Origin: Minisyncoccota bacterium
GTDB lineage: Bacteria > Patescibacteriota > Minisyncoccia > Phycocordibacterales > UBA9973
Length of the DNA: 48,257 bases
Direction: 5' to 3'
NCBI GenBank assembly: GCA_035438585.1
Contig: DAORIO010000002.1
Span: 1-48,257 of the forward strand
A program made the position numbers and the translations under genes. Positions 43,852 to 48,257 of the stretch are shown piece by piece. How positions within the stretch are numbered: the first letter of the stretch is position 1; each line of letters opens with the position of its first letter. The notes under the pieces were generated by a model that was not told where the DNA came from, searched no databases, and saw nothing but the letters and a program-made list of their open reading frames with translations.

Positions 43852-44283
43852 ATGAACTGTATATTGTCGGGCATAGACAATGATGAATTGATTAAAAACC
43901 CCAAAATAAATTTTGATTTAAGGGTAGTAAAAGAAGAAGTTTATTCTCTTCCAAAAATTACCGATGGATTAATAAAATTTGAAGTTTTGGAATTGGTTCA
44001 TTCAGTAAATATTCAAGATCTTCTTGAAGATGCCTGTAGGGGGAGTATTGAAAAAATCGCTTTTGATACTTTATCAACAACAGTTGAGGTTGCCAACCTT
44101 AACATTTCTCTTCTTTCAGAAGATGGAAACACCAATCTTTTTGTTTTTGGGAGTAATAATAATTTTTTTATTTCAAGAGTTTACAAAACAGATAAAGGTG
44201 TAAGTCACTATGTAGGACTTAAAAATTTCGATCTTCCTTTTAGAGGAGGCGGAATACACAGATTTTTTATTAAGAGACTTTAA
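43852..44283 (+). CDS. Hypothetical 143-aa protein
   Basis: ATG ORF followed by a strong terminator. No homology recognised. Confidence 0.5.
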   Translation: MNCILSGIDNDELIKNPKINFDLRVVKEEVYSLPKITDGLIKFEVLELVHSVNIQDLLEDACRGSIEKIAFDTLSTTVEVANLNISLLSEDGNTNLFVFGSNNNFFISRVYKTDKGVSHYVGLKNFDLPFRGGGIHRFFIKRL

Positions 44284-44316
44284 AAAATCCTCCGAAAGGA
44301 GGATTTTCTTTTTTAA
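44284..44316 (+). terminator. Terminator
   Basis: ATCCTCC (44287-44293), GAAA loop, GGAGGAT (44298-44304), T-rich tail. Confidence 0.8.
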
Positions 44317-44340
44317 TTTTATTAGTATAAGATTGGTGAT

Positions 44341-44610
44341 ATGGAAACACTTGTAAAAGCAGATATATTTTTTTTCGTAACAACAATTGCCGTGATAGTT
44401 GTCACCATTCTTCTTGCGGTTTGTCTTTATTATTTATCTGGAACATTAAAAAATTTCAGAGATATTACAGATAAATTGAAATTAGGTGTGAATAGTGCAA
44501 GTGAACATCTTGAAGAGTTGATTGAAAAAGTAGAAGAGAATCCTGTTTTTAGATTTATTTTTGGAGGCAGAAAGCCGATCAAAAAGAAAAAGATAAAAAA
44601 TAAAGAGTAA
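44341..44610 (+). CDS. Small N-terminally anchored membrane protein (DUF948-like architecture)
   Basis: One TM helix followed by a helical acidic region and a K-rich tail. Family assignment is tentative. Confidence 0.5.
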   Translation: METLVKADIFFFVTTIAVIVVTILLAVCLYYLSGTLKNFRDITDKLKLGVNSASEHLEELIEKVEENPVFRFIFGGRKPIKKKKIKNKE

Positions 44611-44665
44611 TTTTTTGTGTATGATATAATTTGGATATAAAATAATTATTAGTTAATAAATTTAT

Positions 44666-45022
44666 ATGATCAAAAAACAAGCAGTAAATAAGAGCACAAC
44701 AGGAAAGGTTTTAGCAGTCGGAGCAAGTATTGCCGCACTTTCAGCCGCAGCATATGTTTTGTTTGGTCCGGATGCAAAGAAGAATCGAAAAAAGATAAGC
44801 GGATGGGCTACAAAAATGAAAGGCGAAATAATTGAAAAATTTGAGAAGATGCAAGAAGTAACAGAACCAATTTACAACAAAGTAATAGATGATGTTGCAA
44901 AAAAATATGCGAAATCAAAAGCTGTCACAGAAGAAGAGTTAGCAAGCATTGTTTCAGAGATTAAAAAACACTGGAAAACAAACAGTAAGCCTAAAAAGAA
45001 AGTAGCTAAAAAATCTAAATAA
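44666..45022 (+). CDS. Small YtxH-like membrane-associated protein
   Basis: GKVLAVGASIAALSAAAYVLFGPDAKKNRKKI resembles the YtxH G..AG...G.LFAPKSGKE.R pattern. Tentative. Confidence 0.5.
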   Translation: MIKKQAVNKSTTGKVLAVGASIAALSAAAYVLFGPDAKKNRKKISGWATKMKGEIIEKFEKMQEVTEPIYNKVIDDVAKKYAKSKAVTEEELASIVSEIKKHWKTNSKPKKKVAKKSK

Positions 45023-45034
45023 TTTTTAAAATAC

Positions 45035-45062
45035 AAAAAGCCACACAATGTGTGGCTTTTTG
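45035..45062 (+). terminator. Terminator
   Basis: GCCACAC (45040-45046) / GTGTGGC (45050-45056), A-run before and T-run after. Confidence 0.85.
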
Positions 45063-45074
45063 TATTTTAGGATT

Positions 45075-45083
45075 TGATATAAT
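45075..45083 (+). promoter_or_regulatory. Extended -10 (TGATATAAT) 6 nt before the ATG at 45090
   Basis: TG-A-TATAAT at 45075-45083. Confidence 0.45.
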
Positions 45084-45089
45084 TACAGG

Positions 45090-45512
45090 ATGAAAACAAG
45101 AAATATTTTTAATATTCTAAGGGTGGCAATGTCTTTTATTTTTTTATGGGCATTCGTTGATAAGTTATTCGGTTTTGGACTTGCGACAAAGCCTGAGAAT
45201 GCATGGATAAATGGCGGATCTCCAACAACCGGTTTTTTGGCAAATGCTGTTCATGGGCCATTTACTACTATTTTTAATAGTCTTTCTGGGATTGCGCTTA
45301 TTGATTGGATGTTTATGTTGGGACTATTATTTATAGGGCTTACATTTTTATTCAACAAATATGTAAAGTATGGTGCGATTGCTGGAATGATTATGATGGC
45401 GCTAATGTATTTGGCACTTTTGTTTCCAGAGAATAATCCATTGATTGATGAACATATAATTTATTTATTAGTCTTTGCTTTGTTTTTCTCAAGAGATACA
45501 GCAGGGAATTAG
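45090..45512 (+). CDS. DoxX-like small membrane protein
   Basis: RVAMSFIFLWAFVDKLFGFG...W..G.SPT.GFL plus four hydrophobic helices. Tentative family call. Confidence 0.55.
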   Translation: MKTRNIFNILRVAMSFIFLWAFVDKLFGFGLATKPENAWINGGSPTTGFLANAVHGPFTTIFNSLSGIALIDWMFMLGLLFIGLTFLFNKYVKYGAIAGMIMMALMYLALLFPENNPLIDEHIIYLLVFALFFSRDTAGN

Positions 45513-45522
45513 ATGGTATTTT

Positions 45523-45625
45523 ATTTGGAGGGCTACTCGCGTTAAGTACCCCTTAAGTAAGATCGTGTAAGGGTATTTTAGTATCTTTTGACTGGGTCAA
45601 TTTAGGTACTCAGGTCGGAGTCTCA
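45523..45625 (+). repeat. Repeat-family copy C (~100 nt, most diverged)
   Basis: TTTGGAGGGCTACTCGCGTTAAGTACCCCTTAAGTAAGATCGTGTAAGGGTATTTTAGTATCTTTTGACTGGGTCAATTTAGGTACTCAGGTCGGAGTC is colinear with copies A and B. It lies between the DoxX-like gene stop and the SEC-C gene start. Confidence 0.6.
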
Positions 45626-45666
45626 ATAGGCTAGCGACCATAACCTCACAGTAGTAAGATTGAGGC

Positions 45667-47073
45667 ATGGGTAAGGGAAATTTATTAAACAAACCGTGTG
45701 ACTGTGGGTCTGGCAAAAAATACAAGAAATGTTGCATGAATACTCCAAAAGAAAAAGAAATTTTAACTGGAGCAAATGCGGAGGCACTGGTTGAATTTTT
45801 GAGCTCGAAAACCTTTTTAAAACCATGGGTGTTCCGTAGTCCGAAATATACCTCAGACAATAAGGAGTTTTGCGATGTCGCAATATTATTCAGAGGCACG
45901 CTTATATTAATTGAAGTTACTGGGTCCAAGTTTGACCCAAGCAATCCTCAAAGATATTTAAGAAAAGTTAAAAAGAAACATGGGCAGTTAAATATTGCTC
46001 ACAGAATAGTCACTAATAAATCTAAAGAAGTTCAATTTGTGAATGATTATTTTGATTTTAAAACTACATTTGGAGAGATCGATACCGTCCATAAAATATT
46101 CTTATCTACAGGTGATGGTGAGATGAAAATAGCTGAAAATCCAGGCAAGACAAACGGAATTACATTTGAAGATTTAGGAAGGTATTGTGGTTTTTATAAC
46201 GATGAAGACGGAATACACTCTTTCACTTTGTCTGAACTATCTTATGCTAGCGAACATATAAATACACTGAAAGACTTCGATTGGTATTTACAGTTTGAAA
46301 AAAAGTTCTTAACTAATGACTTTGGTGATTTTAGTGGAAAAGTTTTACCTGTTGTAGATTCAGAAAGAGAAGATTTAATTGCTGTATACCTCCTCACATT
46401 CTCTCAGGATGAGGAATTAAATATAAGTGGAGTCGTAAATTTGTCGAAAATATTTGGCGATAATGATTTGAGTGAATCGACAATGATTATGTACTCCGCA
46501 ACTGGTACACATAAAAATCTTGAAAGTGACGACTACTACAGAGAGATAATTTCTGAGAGAAAGATAAGTTATTTTTGGGATAGCTTGGTAACTGATATGG
46601 CTGCTCAGTGCCAAACGATGTTGAGAGTGAATTCAAATGGTACTGAAAATGTTGTAAACAGAATGGAAGAAATGATAAAAGTTTTAGAAGTTCTCAGTCA
46701 CACATCACGCTTTGAGAGAGTGAAATACTCTGAGGGTATTATAGGGTCACAAAATCAAGGCAGGGATGGAAAGATTTTTTATAGAAACATTTTTTCTTTG
46801 GCAAAAGATTCAGATACTCTCTTTTCATATTTAAGACGCCAGTATCAGGTCATTCCATCAGATAATGAGAAAGTAAGTACCGCTATTAGGCATGCTAGAA
46901 CGGTGTGGTGTCGAGTCAATTATTCGGACAGAATGTCAGCTCATAAGGATCGAATCAAAAGAGCTTGCCTTATAACGCACCATATTTATGGAGAAAATTC
47001 AGTTTTTACCTTTTCTTTAGCAGACCCAATTGAAGTCACCCGACATGAGTGTGACCCATTTCTCAATTTTTAG
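45667..47073 (+). CDS. SEC-C metal-binding motif protein, otherwise uncharacterised (468 aa)
   Basis: The N-terminal CDCGSGKKYKKCC is the SecA-C-terminal-type zinc motif. A weak D...E....K segment (CDVAILFRGTLILIEVTGSK) hints at a NERD/PD-(D/E)xK-like core. TAAGAT lies 6 nt before the ATG. Confidence 0.75.
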   Translation: MGKGNLLNKPCDCGSGKKYKKCCMNTPKEKEILTGANAEALVEFLSSKTFLKPWVFRSPKYTSDNKEFCDVAILFRGTLILIEVTGSKFDPSNPQRYLRKVKKKHGQLNIAHRIVTNKSKEVQFVNDYFDFKTTFGEIDTVHKIFLSTGDGEMKIAENPGKTNGITFEDLGRYCGFYNDEDGIHSFTLSELSYASEHINTLKDFDWYLQFEKKFLTNDFGDFSGKVLPVVDSEREDLIAVYLLTFSQDEELNISGVVNLSKIFGDNDLSESTMIMYSATGTHKNLESDDYYREIISERKISYFWDSLVTDMAAQCQTMLRVNSNGTENVVNRMEEMIKVLEVLSHTSRFERVKYSEGIIGSQNQGRDGKIFYRNIFSLAKDSDTLFSYLRRQYQVIPSDNEKVSTAIRHARTVWCRVNYSDRMSAHKDRIKRACLITHHIYGENSVFTFSLADPIEVTRHECDPFLNF

Positions 47074-47097
47074 TTAGAATACATATATGCTTCCAAA

Positions 47098-47125
47098 TCA
47101 AAAAGCACGTTAAACGTGCTTTTTG
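47098..47125. terminator. Terminator (bidirectional-looking)
   Basis: AGCACGT (47104-47110) / ACGTGCT (47114-47120) between an A-run and a T-run. Confidence 0.8.
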
Positions 47126-47132
47126 ATTTCTA

Positions 47133-47265
47133 AGGGAGTCGGGTCACTGCGATACTTAGTTCTTTTGGCGGGCATCGTGGGTTAGGTACTAGGGTGGTGA
47201 GACACCGTAAGGATATTTTAGCACCATTTCACGAGTTGAATTGAGGTATGTGGGTCGGGGTCGCT
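47133..47265 (+). repeat. Repeat-family copy B (longest, with tRNA-end-like core and trailer)
   Basis: GGAGTCGGGTCACTGCGATACTTAGTTCTTTTGGCGGGCATCGTGGGTTAGGTACTAGGGTGGTGAGACACCGTAAGGATATTTTAGCACCATTTCACGAGTTGAATTGAGGTATGTGGGTCGGGGTCGC. GTCGGG(G)TC occurs at both ends. The element ends 11 nt before the stop of the DUF4440 gene. Confidence 0.7.
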
Positions 47266-47276
47266 CTTTTGCAAAT

Positions 47277-47639
47277 TTAGCCAATCCGAGTCGCTTGATG
47301 GAAAAACATTTGCCATCCACTAGCGGTCTTTCTCCAATGCGAACTTCGTAGCGAAATAACCTTATCTTTACCATCTGTAGCCCTTTCCGTTTTAAATGTT
47401 GCAACGGCTATATTTTCAGAAGGGGTGTCGACATTGAAATCGCTCACCGAATATTCAACCTTTTCAAGGGTATTCGGAAGTCTTTCGAGAATATCCGCCT
47501 TTGTGTACTTATTCCCCGATGTTCCGAACTCGATGAAATCGTCAGCGAGCAACCCATTAAGAGCCTCTTTCGAAGATCTTACTTCGGGTTTCAGAAGCGA
47601 TAGCTCTAGATCATAAATTGTTTTGGTTATTTCGTTCAT
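47277..47639 (-). CDS. DUF4440/NTF2-like (SnoaL-like fold) protein
   Basis: LLADDFIEFGTSGNKYTKADIL ... SSHWRKTASGWQMFFHQAT is typical of DUF4440 proteins. Confidence 0.8.
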   Translation of the reverse strand: MNEITKTIYDLELSLLKPEVRSSKEALNGLLADDFIEFGTSGNKYTKADILERLPNTLEKVEYSVSDFNVDTPSENIAVATFKTERATDGKDKVISLRSSHWRKTASGWQMFFHQATRIG

Positions 47640-47682
47640 AAGTATTTTTAGGCACTCGGGTTATATATCTACTAAGTTTTCT

Positions 47683-47772
47683 TGGCGGAGACGGCGAGAT
47701 TCGAACTCGCGGGGCTTGTAACAGCCCGCCTCCTTAGCAAGGAGGTACCTTAAACCGCTCAGACACGTCTCC
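47683..47772 (-). tRNA. tRNA-Ser, anticodon GCU (type II, CCA encoded)
   Basis: On the minus strand: GGAGACG ... CCUCC-UUGCUAA-GGAGG, long variable arm, GCGAG-UUCGAAU-CUCGC, CGUCUCC-G-CCA. Confidence 0.9.
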
Positions 47773-47854
47773 ATTTACACGTGTAATAATAAAAACAATA
47801 CCATATTTCTTATTTATAGAAAAAAGATTTTGTTTGTGATATATTCAACCAACA

Positions 47855-47942
47855 AGGAGAATTGGGTGAGTGGTTTAAACCAGCGGTTTACTAAACCGCC
47901 GACGGGTAAAACTGTCCGTGAGTTCAAATCTCACATTCTCCG
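47855..47942 (+). tRNA. Type II (Ser-like, discriminator G) tRNA; hand-folded anticodon loop UUACUAA gives ACU
   Basis: Acceptor GGAGAAU/AUUCUCC, anticodon arm GCGGU-UUACUAA-ACCGC, variable arm GACGG-GUAAAA-CUGUC, T arm GUGAG-UUCAAAU-CUCAC. The D region is one nt longer than the E. coli Ser tRNAs I compared, so the isotype needs software confirmation. Confidence 0.7.
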
Positions 47943-47985
47943 CAGTAAGAATTTAGTATCGGTAGACTCATCTGCCTAAAATATC

Positions 47986-48257
47986 ATGGAAAAAGGAATG
48001 GAATCCCAAATCAATTACATGGAAAGAAATCTTAACAAAGTTAAGATTGAAGGTAACGTCATATCGATTGGAGAGGGTCAATCATCATATCAGGATATAT
48101 TTACAATTCACTTGCTTGGACCAACGAATAACTCTCAAGTAATCGGTGTTTTTGAGGAGATAGAAAATGATAAAAATTATGAAATAAACTCCGGTGGTTA
48201 TATAAGTTGTGTTGAGATTGCTGGAAGTTTTGATATAAATAAAAAATTTCTTATTCA
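47986..48257 (+). CDS. Hypothetical protein, 3'-truncated at window edge
   Basis: Hand translation from the ATG at 47986 (MEKGMESQINYMERNLNKVKIEGNV...) stays open to the end of the window. It is absent from the track, presumably because there is no stop. Confidence 0.4.
   Translation, partial: MEKGMESQINYMERNLNKVKIEGNVISIGEGQSSYQDIFTIHLLGPTNNSQVIGVFEEIENDKNYEINSGGYISCVEIAGSFDINKKFLI

Noticed and set aside
47133-47265. Interpretation of repeats A/B/C as tRNA genes or as integron attC sites.
   Set aside because: The minus strand of B ends in GCCCGCCA, but no complementary 5' acceptor strand, D arm or T arm can be formed. The elements also lack the imperfect inverted-repeat symmetry (R''/L''...L'/R') of attC sites. 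They are kept as an unclassified repeat family.
1-48257. Alternative genetic code (UGA recoded, as in some CPR lineages) and CRISPR arrays.
   Set aside because: All conserved genes are full-length under the standard bacterial code, with TGG for Trp and TAA/TAG (and at least one TGA) as stops. No array of regularly spaced direct repeats with unique spacers was seen.

Overview
AT-rich, tightly packed bacterial chromosome segment. Content: fusA (5'-truncated), tuf, the S10-spc ribosomal-protein cluster through secY-adk-map, ndk, a beta-CASP RNase, rplT-rpmI-infC, smpB-tmRNA, ftsH, recG behind a two-component pair, uppP, three tRNAs and many small lineage-specific ORFs. L30 is absent, S14 is the zinc type and several r-proteins carry Lys-rich extensions, which suggests a small-genome Patescibacteria/CPR-like organism (inference only). 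The ribosomal cluster is cut into separate terminator/promoter-bounded units by inserted genes (pyrF, a PurM-family gene, hypothetical ORFs). Start codons lack Shine-Dalgarno motifs, and several operon-first genes sit 6-10 nt after a -10 box, which looks leaderless. The most unusual signal is a roughly 100-nt repeat family: three direct copies and one inverted partial copy. With it come fragments resembling tRNA/tmRNA 3' ends and shared 3'-trailer motifs. These bracket small accessory genes (ANT-like nucleotidyltransferase, SEC-C protein, DUF4440 protein) next to ssrA and tRNA-Ser(GCU). I read this as tandem, integrase-less cassette-like islets at tRNA-type attachment sites (hypothesis). Other notable items are a roughly 185-nt structured RNA candidate (26200-26386), tRNA-Ile(UAU), and a type II tRNA whose hand-folded anticodon is ACU.
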